From the NCBI GenBank assembly GCA_963716985.1, contig OY970323.1, positions 1,088,001 to 1,152,000 on the forward strand: a stretch of 64,000 nucleotides of DNA, written 5' to 3'. Position 1 is the first letter of the stretch, and every line of letters begins with the position of its first letter. Origin of the DNA: an uncultured bacterium (lineage in GTDB: Bacteria; Chlamydiota; Chlamydiia; Chlamydiales; SM23-39). Of this stretch, positions 10,092 through 19,433 are shown piece by piece. The position numbers were made by a program, and so were the translations under genes. The notes beneath the pieces were generated by a model. That model was given only the letters and a program-made list of their open reading frames with translations. It did no database searches and had not been told where the DNA came from.

Positions 10092-10151
10092 AAGACCGAT
10101 TCTTTTTGCCAGAAGCGTTTTTTTTTGGCATAAGGGAAGAGGGGGTGGCCA

Positions 10152-11018
10152 GTGGATCGCTTCTTAGAGACCTTCGTTTCTTATCTTGTTTCCGAAAGGG
10201 GATTTTCTCCGCATACAATTGCAGCCTATGCGAAGGACGTGCGGCTTTTCTTGGAATTTTTAAAAGAGAAAAATCTTTCGTTGGAAAAAATCCAAAAAGA
10301 GGATTTTTTTTCCTATCTTTCATTCTTGCAAGAGAAGTCTTACGCCTCTTCAAGCATGTATCGAATCATGGTCTCGATTAAAGTTTTTTTCCGATTTTTG
10401 AAAAAAGAGGGATTTCTTGGACAGGATATCGTTAAGGATGTCGATCTTCCCAAGATCTGGCAGCTCATTCCCTCTGTTTTGAGCGTGAAAGAGGTAGAAA
10501 AACTGCTTTTAGAACCTAAATGCGATGACTTTATCGGCTCTAGGGACAGGGCCATTTTAGAACTTCTTTATGCAACGGGCATGCGCGTGAGCGAATGCTG
10601 CCAGTTGAAAATCTCTGACGTGGATGATGGTTTTGTGAAAGTGCATGGCAAAGGAAGAAAGGATCGAATGGTCCCCATCGGCAAAAGCGCTCTCGAGGCA
10701 GTGGACCATTATCTTCTGCATTTTTATCAAAAAGGAAAAAGCGATTTTCTGTTTATCAGCAGGTCCGGAAAAGCGATCGATCGGCAGACTGTTTGGCATC
10801 GGGTAAAATTCTATGCAAAAAAAGCCGGAATTGAAAAAAAGATCTCGCCGCATACGCTCAGGCACTCCTTTGCTACCCACTTGCTAGAAAATGGAGCCGA
10901 CCTCCGGCTGATCCAGGAAATGCTCGGACATGAGGATGTCGCCACCACGGATCGCTATACCCACATTTCCGCAAACCACCTAACGCGGGCTTTTTCCGCT
11001 TTTCATCCGCGGCCCTGA
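10152..11018 (+). CDS. xerD: Tyrosine recombinase XerD
   Basis: RDRAILELLYATGMRVSE, HTLRHSFATHLLENGADLRLIQEMLGH, C-terminal HPR. Confidence 0.9.
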   Translation: MDRFLETFVSYLVSERGFSPHTIAAYAKDVRLFLEFLKEKNLSLEKIQKEDFFSYLSFLQEKSYASSSMYRIMVSIKVFFRFLKKEGFLGQDIVKDVDLPKIWQLIPSVLSVKEVEKLLLEPKCDDFIGSRDRAILELLYATGMRVSECCQLKISDVDDGFVKVHGKGRKDRMVPIGKSALEAVDHYLLHFYQKGKSDFLFISRSGKAIDRQTVWHRVKFYAKKAGIEKKISPHTLRHSFATHLLENGADLRLIQEMLGHEDVATTDRYTHISANHLTRAFSAFHPRP

Positions 11019-11215
11019 GCGAGTCCTGTTTTTTCCATTTCGACCTTCTCCCGGGAACAGATCTCTTTCTGCTCGACGGGACGATTTTGAAAATAGGTGT
11101 TATAAATCGGAAAGGAAATACAACTCGTCAAAAAAAGACAAAGAAAACACAAAAGATAGCGCATAGTTTGCCTCTATCCTTTCTATCTAATCGATTGGCC
11201 CTTTTTTGAAAATCT

Positions 11216-12685
11216 TTAAATTTCTTCGATTTTTTTCTTCAAAAGCTCGTTGACGAGATCGGGAGAGGCTTTTCCTTGGGATTTTTTCATGACCTGTCCG
11301 ACAAGGAATGCAAAGGCTTTTGTTTTGCCCTTTTTGTAATCGGCAATAGAGTCCGGATTTTCCGTCACTACTTCCTCCACGATTCCTTCGATGAGAGAAG
11401 CGTCATGGATGGGTTGATAATTGGGATTTTCTTTGACGATTGCTGCAGGGTCTTTTTGGGGATTTTGGATCATGTCGTCAGCCACATCTTTGGCGATCTT
11501 GCCTGTGATCTTTCTCTCTTCGATCAAGGAGACAAGAGTGGCGATATGGCGAGGGGGGATATTAAGAGAAAAAAGGGTCTTTCCTTTTTCTTTCAAACGG
11601 CCCGCAAATTCTACGGTAATCCAGTTGCAAAGAGAACGCGCATTGGGACAGGTTTTCAGCGCATCTTCGAAGTAATCGGCGAGCCTCTTTTCGTTTACGA
11701 GCTGTGATGCGGAATATTCCGTTAGCCCTAAAGACGTGATATATCTTTTAAAGCGTTCGTGAGGAAGTTCGGGCAGGGCTTTTCTAATCTCTGCAATCCA
11801 CTCTTTTGTTAAAACAACGGGAACGAGGTCGGGGTCGGGAAAATATCGATAATCTTCTGCCGATTCTTTTTCCCTCATCATGACGGTCTTCTTTTCTCCT
11901 GCATCCCAACGGTAGGTCCCGGGCCGTATGAGTGTTTTTGGATCCACGTCCGGATGGTTGGTATACAGAGAGATTTGTCGAATGATTTCCGATTGGAGGG
12001 CGAGCTCAAGGAAGTTAAAGGAGTTCATGTTTTTGATCTCAATCTTAGAGCGCAGACCTTTTTCTCCTTTGGGCCTGACCGAAATATTGGCATCGACTCT
12101 TAAAGAGCCCTCTTCCATGTTGCAATCGGAAGAGCCGATATACTCCATGATGGCTTTTAGGGCCATGACAAAGGCCACGGCTTCTTTGGGAGAGTGCATA
12201 ACGGGCTCCGAGACGACTTCCAAAAGAGGAACTCCCGATCGGTTAAAATCGATCCCGGCAAAGGTGGAAAAGTGTTTGAGCATGCCGGCGTCGTCTTCAA
12301 GATGCGCGCGGTTGACTTGAAACTCTTTTGTCTTGCCCCCGACATCAGCGATGATCACACCGCCTTTAATGATCGGATGCTCCAATTGAGTGATCTGGAA
12401 ATTGCGAGGGGAATCGGGGTAAAAATAAGATTTTCGATCAAATGTGCTGATGGGGGCTACTTCTGCGTTAATGGCAAGCCCGAAGAGCACGGCCTTTTTT
12501 ACCGCTTCCTCATTGAGGACGGGAAGAGCTCCGGGCTCTCCGGTGCAGACCTCGGTGATATTGGTATTCGGCTCGTTGCCGAACCGGTTGGGAGCATGGC
12601 TAAACAATTTTGTCTTGGTATTCAGCTGCACGTGTACTTCGAGTCCAATGACGGTGTCCCAAAGATCAAAGGGGATGTTTTTCAT
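11216..12685 (-). CDS. gatB: Asp/Glu-tRNA amidotransferase subunit B
   Basis: VIGLEVHVQL, FDRKSYFYPD, YRYFPDPDL. Confidence 0.98.
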   Translation of the reverse strand: MKNIPFDLWDTVIGLEVHVQLNTKTKLFSHAPNRFGNEPNTNITEVCTGEPGALPVLNEEAVKKAVLFGLAINAEVAPISTFDRKSYFYPDSPRNFQITQLEHPIIKGGVIIADVGGKTKEFQVNRAHLEDDAGMLKHFSTFAGIDFNRSGVPLLEVVSEPVMHSPKEAVAFVMALKAIMEYIGSSDCNMEEGSLRVDANISVRPKGEKGLRSKIEIKNMNSFNFLELALQSEIIRQISLYTNHPDVDPKTLIRPGTYRWDAGEKKTVMMREKESAEDYRYFPDPDLVPVVLTKEWIAEIRKALPELPHERFKRYITSLGLTEYSASQLVNEKRLADYFEDALKTCPNARSLCNWITVEFAGRLKEKGKTLFSLNIPPRHIATLVSLIEERKITGKIAKDVADDMIQNPQKDPAAIVKENPNYQPIHDASLIEGIVEEVVTENPDSIADYKKGKTKAFAFLVGQVMKKSQGKASPDLVNELLKKKIEEI

Positions 12686-14151
12686 GAAAGCTCCTTGTCG
12701 AAGAGGGGTGGAATTTTACGGGCATAAGAGGCCGTTTCTGTTTCGAACAGGTGGGCAACTCCCAAGAGAAGAACGTCGTGGAGCTGGGGCCCAAGCAGCT
12801 GCAGCCCATAGGGCTTATTTTCTTGATCAAAGCCGGAAGGGATATTGATCCCGGGCAGCCCTGCGAGATTGGCAGGTATTGTGAAGATATCTTGCAGATA
12901 CATTTCGATGGGGTCGTGGACGGCGCCGACGGGAAAGGCAGTAGACGGAGATGTGGGCATTGCGATGAGATGGCAATCGGAAAAGGCTTTGTCAAAAGTG
13001 TTGATGATCAACGTGCGCACTTTTTGTGCTTTTTTATAATAAGCATCTATATAGCCGGACGAGAGCACAAATGTCCCTAAAAGAATTCTTCGCTTGACCT
13101 CCTCTCCAAATCCCTCGTCGCGCGAGAGATCATAGATTTCTTCTAAGGTCTTGGCTTTGTGCGATCTTCTTCCGTAACGAATCCCGTCAAATCGTGCAAG
13201 ATTGGTGGAGGCTTCCGCGGGGGCCAAAATATAATACACGGGCAGGGAGTATTTGAGCATTTCGAGGTCGATATTGACAATTTCCGCCCCGAGCTCTTGG
13301 AGTATGTTGAGAGAATGGGTGAAATTTTGCAAGATGTCCTCTTTGACGTCCTTCATAAAGGGCCAAGAGACGCCTATTTTCATTCCTTTGAGAGAGGAGG
13401 GAAGTTTTTCCAAGTAGTTTTCTTGGGGGAGGTTCAGACAGGTCGAGTCATAGGCGCATTTCTTTCCGATGGTCTCCATGATCAGGCAGCTATCGGCAAC
13501 CGTGGTCGTTAAAGGCCCTATTTGATCCATTGAAGAGGCAAAGGCCACAAGACCGTAGCGCGATACCCGCCCATAGGTTGGTTTGAACCCCACGATTCCG
13601 CAAAGGGAGGCAGGTTGGCGGATGGATCCTCCCGTGTCCGACCCGAGCCCGATAGGAGCTAGCCTTGCTGCGACGGCTGCAGCAGATCCTCCCGAAGAGC
13701 CTCCGGGAACGCAGTCGAGCTTCCAAGGGTTATGGGTGGGAAAGAAGGCAGAATTTTCCGTAGAGGAGCCCATCGCAAATTCATCCAGGTTGGTCTTGCC
13801 GATGAAAAGAGCGTCCTCTTCTTCTAAAAGGCGAACGACCGTGGCATCAAAAGGAGCCCGATAGTTCTCAAGATAACGACAGCTGCAGGTCGTGATTTCT
13901 CCTTTGATGTGCATATTGTCCTTCAAAACGATCGGCACGGCGGCAAGCTTTCCAAGCGGAGCATTTTCTCGTCTCTTCTTGTCGAGCAGCTCTGCTTTTT
14001 TGACGGCTCTTTCATTGAGTGTTTGTAAAAAGGCTTTGAGGTTAGGGTCGAATGCTTCTATACGTCGAAGAAAATAGAGGGCAATTTCTTTGGCCGAGAC
14101 CTCTTTTTTCAAAAAGAGATTGCGCAGTTCAATGGCAGAGAGTTTGTACAT
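12682..14151 (-). CDS. gatA: Amidotransferase subunit A
   Basis: GGSSGGSAAAV, GSDTGGSIRQP amidase signature. Confidence 0.98.
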   Translation of the reverse strand: MYKLSAIELRNLFLKKEVSAKEIALYFLRRIEAFDPNLKAFLQTLNERAVKKAELLDKKRRENAPLGKLAAVPIVLKDNMHIKGEITTCSCRYLENYRAPFDATVVRLLEEEDALFIGKTNLDEFAMGSSTENSAFFPTHNPWKLDCVPGGSSGGSAAAVAARLAPIGLGSDTGGSIRQPASLCGIVGFKPTYGRVSRYGLVAFASSMDQIGPLTTTVADSCLIMETIGKKCAYDSTCLNLPQENYLEKLPSSLKGMKIGVSWPFMKDVKEDILQNFTHSLNILQELGAEIVNIDLEMLKYSLPVYYILAPAEASTNLARFDGIRYGRRSHKAKTLEEIYDLSRDEGFGEEVKRRILLGTFVLSSGYIDAYYKKAQKVRTLIINTFDKAFSDCHLIAMPTSPSTAFPVGAVHDPIEMYLQDIFTIPANLAGLPGINIPSGFDQENKPYGLQLLGPQLHDVLLLGVAHLFETETASYARKIPPLFDKELS

Positions 14152-14154
14152 AGC

Positions 14155-14454
14155 TCACTCCTTTTTGAGGATGGGGGGGACGCGGATCATCCCGCCGACG
14201 TGGGAAGGGGAATTGGCGAGGAACTCCTCGCGCATGCGAACAGGCCCCTCTTCATCTTTTCTCATCATGTTATAATGCAACTCTCCGAGAACGTGGTTGC
14301 AGGGCTGGACCTTTTCGGTATTCACTTCATTGAGCTGCTCGACGTGTTTGAGTATGTTTTGCAAGCTCTCGAGAAGCGGCTTTTCTTCTTCGGGTTTGCA
14401 CTGAATGCGGCTCAGCTTTTGTAATTTTTGCAAAGAGCTTCTGTCAAATTTCAT
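14155..14454 (-). CDS. gatC: Amidotransferase subunit C
   Basis: KLSRI...LNEVNTE...RVPPI; first gene of gatCAB. Confidence 0.93.
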   Translation of the reverse strand: MKFDRSSLQKLQKLSRIQCKPEEEKPLLESLQNILKHVEQLNEVNTEKVQPCNHVLGELHYNMMRKDEEGPVRMREEFLANSPSHVGGMIRVPPILKKE

Positions 14455-14694
14455 CACGCGCCTCTTAATTCCTAATTTTGAAAATGTTAGCAACTCGAGT
14501 TTCTAGAGTCAATCTTTTGTGCTTTTTGAAAAACGGTCAGTTGAGCCCAAGAGCGCAGGCGGTATTTTGTTATGGCCGCTGCATGAAGATCGCCTCTGTT
14601 CCAAAAAGAACCATGCAAGAAAGTGATGACAAAAAATTCTTTTCGAGTTAACTATTTAGGAGCATTGTTTTTAAACTTTTACGTGGAGGAACAA

Positions 14695-14919
14695 ATGAAA
14701 CTAGTTCGGTTTTTGTCCCTGTTGCTGATGGTTGTCGGCGCATTGAACTGGGGACTTTGGGGATTTTTTCAATATAATTTGATCCAAGACCTTTTTGCCG
14801 CCAGCATGCCGTCTTTGGTACGCGTCATCTATTGTTTTGTAGGGCTTGCGGGCCTTTGCGGCCTTTCCTTTTTCTTTATTCCCTGCATCTATAAGGGCGG
14901 ATGTTCCTGTCAAAAATAA
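14695..14919 (+). CDS. DUF378-type small membrane protein
   Basis: VGALNWGLWGFF..NL...LF, RVIY..VGLAG; GGAGG RBS. Confidence 0.8.
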   Translation: MKLVRFLSLLLMVVGALNWGLWGFFQYNLIQDLFAASMPSLVRVIYCFVGLAGLCGLSFFFIPCIYKGGCSCQK

Positions 14920-14944
14920 GAGTTTTCCCTCAGTTTTTCTCTTA

Positions 14945-14970
14945 AGGCCCCCATTTTTGGGGGCTTTTCT
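14945..14970 (+). terminator. Intrinsic terminator
   Basis: GCCCCCA/TGGGGGC stem followed by TTTT. Confidence 0.65.
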
Positions 14971-15123
14971 ATTTTTAGGTCTCTTTTGTTTAGATATTTA
15001 ATACTATTGAATAGTATTTGTTTTTTCATAATTCTATCTAGTTTAAAATTTTTTTATTGCAAAAATAAATAATAAATTATAATTTAAATAACAGGGCCGG
15101 GAATTGCGGTCAGGGAAGAAGTT

Positions 15124-15774
15124 ATGCCAATCAATGGTAAGCCATGGATGGAAATGTGGTTGCATCCACGAAAGACCATTCAGACGATTGTGGAGTTTTC
15201 TCCAAACTATGGTCTGAAGATCTTAGCTTTTATCTATGGACTTGCTTCGTTATTTAGTTTGGCACAAACTTTTTCATTGGGGTTTTATGTGGGTTTTGTC
15301 CCCTTAATGCTCCTTATTTTGATCGCAGCGCCGTTTTGGGGATATTTTGTTTTTACCGTCGTTTCCTGGGTGGTTTATTACACGGGACGATGGATCAAGG
15401 GACTGGCCACTCGCCATCAAGTGAGAGCCGTTTTAGCTTGGTCCCATATCCCCATGGCGGCGAACCTTCTGATATGGGCGGTTTTCCTTCTTATTTTTAG
15501 AGGAATGCTCTTTCAAGGTTTTCCCGGTACCTATCTTTTCAAAGGCGGCATGTTTTATCTGCTTTTTTCTCTTTCTTTGATGCAGCTTTTCATGGGCATA
15601 TGGTCCTTGGTTTTGTATTTGAATGCCCTTGCCGAGGTGCAAGGATTTTCTATGGGCAAGGCCATTCTCAATCTCCTGATTGCTGGCGTGGCCTTGATGG
15701 CGGCTTTCTCAATTGTAAGTTTGATTGTCTTTTGGGGGAGCCATCTAGCAGTGAAGGGTTTTTTGGCAATTTAG
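15124..15774 (+). CDS. Yip1-family membrane protein
   Basis: PW..MWLHPRKTI, RAVLAWS, EVQGFSMGKAI; ~5 TM segments. Confidence 0.8.
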   Translation: MPINGKPWMEMWLHPRKTIQTIVEFSPNYGLKILAFIYGLASLFSLAQTFSLGFYVGFVPLMLLILIAAPFWGYFVFTVVSWVVYYTGRWIKGLATRHQVRAVLAWSHIPMAANLLIWAVFLLIFRGMLFQGFPGTYLFKGGMFYLLFSLSLMQLFMGIWSLVLYLNALAEVQGFSMGKAILNLLIAGVALMAAFSIVSLIVFWGSHLAVKGFLAI

Positions 15775-15782
15775 GAGGAAAG

Positions 15783-16304
15783 ATGAAATTCGGTTTTTGC
15801 TTTGTTTGGATCGTGTTGATTGCTGCGAACTCTCTTTTTGCTGCCGATTGGCGCGAATTTCAGGGATCTGCCAACTCTTTCAAAGTTCTTTTGCCGGCAA
15901 ATCCCAACCACTGGCATAACCAAATGCGTGTGAAAGATGCCCATGACATGCTCAACTATGATGTATACGTTGCCGGCAAAGATCCCGAAGCGATGTATAT
16001 GATGTTAATCGCCGATTTCCCCAAAGAGCTAAGTCAAGCCCAAGAGACGTTGAGTATTGAAGGGTTTATGCGCGGCGTTCTCAAAGACAAAGAGGAGAGT
16101 CGCTTATTATTTATCGACTCTCTCAAGGTGCAAGGCCACGCAGCGATGGATTTTCTCATGAAAGGCAAGCTAGATCATTTTTTCAAAGGACGTGTGATTG
16201 CCGCCTCGAAGAAACTTTATCTCTTAACTGTGGAATGCTCTTTAGAGAACTTTAATGAAACGGATTACAAAACATTCGTGAATTCTTTTGTTTTGCTGCC
16301 CTGA
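15783..16304 (+). CDS. Hypothetical secreted protein
   Basis: AGGAGG RBS; signal-peptide-like N-terminus. Confidence 0.65.
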   Translation: MKFGFCFVWIVLIAANSLFAADWREFQGSANSFKVLLPANPNHWHNQMRVKDAHDMLNYDVYVAGKDPEAMYMMLIADFPKELSQAQETLSIEGFMRGVLKDKEESRLLFIDSLKVQGHAAMDFLMKGKLDHFFKGRVIAASKKLYLLTVECSLENFNETDYKTFVNSFVLLP

Positions 16305-17914
16305 AGCGCATTGTAGTGCCCCAGCATTCGTGAATATTCCTTTGTTCTTTCTTCTGCCGAGAGTTCTTTTACAGAGGAAAGAGTTCGTCCCTTTTTTTCT
16401 TCTTTTTGCACGCAAAGGTGGGCCGAAGCAAAACTGGCTACTTGGACAAAATGGGTGACGGCAAAAATCTGCTTTTTCTCCGAAAGTTCTTTTAATTTTT
16501 CTCCGATGATTGTTGCCGTGGTCCCGCCCACGTTGGCATCGATTTCGTCAAAGAGCAATAGGGGTGTGCGGTTTTTTTCGGAAAGAAGGATTTTTAGGGC
16601 AAAACAGATCCGGGCGACCTCTCCTCCGCTTGCACAAAGGGAAAGCGGGGCTGTTTTTTCTCCCGCATTTGCCTTGAGGAAAAAGAGGGCATCTTCATCG
16701 CCCTTTTCGCCGCGCTCTTTCTGTTGTAAAAAGATCGTGAATGCAGCCTTTTCCATGTTTAAAAGAGGCAGCTCTCGCGCCATCTTTTTTTCGAGGTCCA
16801 GGGCGGCTTTTTTTCGTTTTTCTGATAAAAGTGCGGCTGCGGCAGTGCACTTTTTTCGAAGGAGAGACGATTCTTCTTGAAGATTGCTGATGCGATCTTC
16901 GAGCCTCTCGAAAGATTGGAGGCGCTCTTTGGCTTGGGCTTGGAAAAGGAAAAGCGCCTCTTCGCTCTCTCCATATTTTCTTTTGATTTTGAAGATATGG
17001 CACAAACGCTCTTCGATTTGGCAAAGGCGGTCCAAAGCAGTGTCCTGCCGCCCTTGAAATTGCCGCAGGGAATAAAGGAGCTCTTCGATCTCCACAATTG
17101 CGTTTTGCAGGTGGAGGAGATTGTCATTTAAGGTGGGGGAGATATCGGCGATGGACGCGAGAAGAGAGTGGATGTTTTTGAGCTCGGGCAAAAGAGAAGG
17201 GGAGGCATCCGAGAGCCGGTCAATAATGGCATGGATTTTTTCTTCCACCTCTTGGGATCTTCGCAGAATTTTTTCTTCCCGGCAGAGCGCCGCATCTTCT
17301 TGTGGTTTCAGGGCAAGATCATCGATTTCTTGCAGGGCGTTTTTGATCCGCTCTTCCTCCTCTTCTTTTTTTTCTCTTTGCACAAGTGCTTCTGCTAACT
17401 GCCGCTCCATTTCTTTTGTTTTGGCCCATAGAGAGGAAAAGGCCTTTGCCTCCTTTTCTAACGAGCCGAAAAGGTCCACGATCTGCAGTTGACAGGAAGA
17501 AGAAAGGAGCTCTTTGTGCACATGCTGTCCTACCCTTTCGGCAAGAGTTTTTCCAAGCGTTCGAAGAAAAGAGAGCGAGCTATTTTGATCGTTAATAAAA
17601 ATGCGGCTTTTCCCCGAGTCGGAAAATTCTCGGCGGATCCAAAGCTCGCCTTGGAATTCAATCCCTTCTGCTTGCAAACACTCTTGGGCATATGGGTTGT
17701 TGGAGATCTCGAAGAGCGCTTCCACCACTCCGATAGACTCTCCTTCGCGCACCGGATTTCCCTCGGCTTTTTCTCCTAAAATCCATCCCAAAACGGAAAA
17801 AATAATGCTTTTTCCTGCGCCCGTTTCTCCGGTCAGGATCGTAAGGCCGCTCTTCCAGGAAATCTTGAGAGAATCAAAAAGGAGGATGTTTTTCAGTTCA
17901 AGGTGGCGCATCAT
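16265..17914 (-). CDS. recN: DNA repair protein RecN
   Basis: LTGETGAGKS, ASGGE, FDEIDANVGG, VTH; long coiled coil. Confidence 0.93.
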   Translation of the reverse strand: MMRHLELKNILLFDSLKISWKSGLTILTGETGAGKSIIFSVLGWILGEKAEGNPVREGESIGVVEALFEISNNPYAQECLQAEGIEFQGELWIRREFSDSGKSRIFINDQNSSLSFLRTLGKTLAERVGQHVHKELLSSSCQLQIVDLFGSLEKEAKAFSSLWAKTKEMERQLAEALVQREKKEEEEERIKNALQEIDDLALKPQEDAALCREEKILRRSQEVEEKIHAIIDRLSDASPSLLPELKNIHSLLASIADISPTLNDNLLHLQNAIVEIEELLYSLRQFQGRQDTALDRLCQIEERLCHIFKIKRKYGESEEALFLFQAQAKERLQSFERLEDRISNLQEESSLLRKKCTAAAALLSEKRKKAALDLEKKMARELPLLNMEKAAFTIFLQQKERGEKGDEDALFFLKANAGEKTAPLSLCASGGEVARICFALKILLSEKNRTPLLLFDEIDANVGGTTATIIGEKLKELSEKKQIFAVTHFVQVASFASAHLCVQKEEKKGRTLSSVKELSAEERTKEYSRMLGHYNALQGSKTKEFTNVL

Positions 17915-18807
17915 GGCTGGAGCAAAACTTCGTCTTTAGTTTTGAAATGAAGCTTGGCCACCTCGTCGAGGATTTGCGGGCCTTTCTTGCGCACAAGATT
18001 CTTTCCGGCTTCGATGACGATGGAAGAGGCCCCCTTCGGCAGGGGCATGTCCACTTTTTCACTCAGCTGCTTGAGCCCATCGAGGAAAGCAGATCTTGCT
18101 AAAATGGAGGCTCCGGCAACGACCAGGTCGGATTCGGCTTTCGTCCTCTGTTCGACATGAAGGGAGAGCTGTTTTCTCTCCAGCATGGACTCCAGAACTC
18201 TTTTATCGGCAAATTGATCGATGATGGCGCGATTACATAAGCTCTTTTCCGAAAGCTCTTCCAAAACGGTGGCGTGCCCCCAGGCAAGGAGGGCGTTCAA
18301 GTTTTTGAAGCGCTGGTAGAGTTCGTTATATTTGTGGGGGAATAGACGAATGATGGTATGAGGATATCCTTTAAGCCGCTCTGCGATTTTCAAAATGACG
18401 CTATCGGATATCTTCTTACTATCGCGCACGCCCAGCGTTAAAAGGTTTTTGATGCCCTCGGCATCTGCAAAGAGCCCTGCAATGCAAAGAGGGCCAAAAA
18501 AATCCCCTTTGCCCGCCTCATCTACGCCCATGTGAGGAGTGAGATCGAGAAGCGCCTCGGGATGGGTGTATTGAAAATTTTTCAAGATTTCGGGCTCTAG
18601 GTAGAATTCAATGAAGGCATCTTTATCTTTTCCTTGCACGACAAGGGAGCCCGATTCATAAAGGATGCAGACGACCTTGTCTTTTTTTGCAGAAAAAATG
18701 GTGTAGGGCGGCGTTGAAAAAACAAATCCCTGATGGGTAAGGTCTTGGATGAGCTTTTCCTTTAGGGAAAGGTCTATGGTTGCAGTAAAGGTCGCCGGTT
18801 TTGTCAT
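17911..18807 (-). CDS. rnhC: Ribonuclease HIII
   Basis: YESGSLVVQG N-domain; GVDEAGKGDFFGPL, DSKK, ASILAR, KLHFKT. Confidence 0.95.
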   Translation of the reverse strand: MTKPATFTATIDLSLKEKLIQDLTHQGFVFSTPPYTIFSAKKDKVVCILYESGSLVVQGKDKDAFIEFYLEPEILKNFQYTHPEALLDLTPHMGVDEAGKGDFFGPLCIAGLFADAEGIKNLLTLGVRDSKKISDSVILKIAERLKGYPHTIIRLFPHKYNELYQRFKNLNALLAWGHATVLEELSEKSLCNRAIIDQFADKRVLESMLERKQLSLHVEQRTKAESDLVVAGASILARSAFLDGLKQLSEKVDMPLPKGASSIVIEAGKNLVRKKGPQILDEVAKLHFKTKDEVLLQP

Positions 18808-18917
18808 AAATTCCTTCATTTTGATTTAATCAGTTTCCTGAAAAAAAAGACAAGCAAGATGTTCGGTTGTGAAAAATCCGTCCAGTTCCTAAGATAGGAT
18901 AAAAAATAGGGTTTGAT

Positions 18918-19328
18918 ATGCCGACGATTGAGATGAAAAAATTGGGTGATCTGTTTCGCATGAAGAGGGAAGAGATGCATTTGACATTGAAAGAGGTGGA
19001 AAATGCAACGTCCATTCGCATGAGCTACTTGCAGGCGATCGAGGAAGGAAAGATCGGTCAGTTTTTATCTCGTGTTTATGCGATTGGATTTGTGCGCCAA
19101 TATGCGACTTTTTTAGGATTTGAGGCCGATCGTATCATGAAAGAAAATCCGGAGGCTTTTAAGCTCCCTTTAGAAAAACAGGAGTTTGCTTATGGCATCG
19201 GAACGCTGGATATCCGCGGCGGGCCCCATGGGGGAGTGAAATGGCTTCCCAACATTTTATGGATGGGACTAGGTCTTTTTGTTTTGATTCTTGCCTGGTT
19301 TTTTGCAAAATTCTTGGGAATTTTTTGA
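18918..19328 (+). CDS. RodZ-like HTH protein with C-terminal TM helix
   Basis: LTLKEVENATSIRMSYLQAIEEG, VYAIGFVRQYA; divergent from rnhC. Confidence 0.85.
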   Translation: MPTIEMKKLGDLFRMKREEMHLTLKEVENATSIRMSYLQAIEEGKIGQFLSRVYAIGFVRQYATFLGFEADRIMKENPEAFKLPLEKQEFAYGIGTLDIRGGPHGGVKWLPNILWMGLGLFVLILAWFFAKFLGIF

Positions 19329-19433
19329 AGAATATTTTCTATTTATAGAAAAAAAATAAAAAATTCAACCATATCTTGCATATAAAATTTTCCCCTTTTA
19401 TGATGCCATAAAGATAAAGGTGTATCTAAAGAT

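Noticed and set aside
10152..11018. Tyrosine recombinase as island integrase or shufflon invertase for the LRR array
   Set aside because: Canonical XerD sequence; no att sites or inverted recombination sites seen around the LRR genes.
14528..14557. GAAAAACGGTCAGTTGAGCC resembling the MITE end
   Set aside because: Short gapped match with no partner inverted repeat or target duplication.
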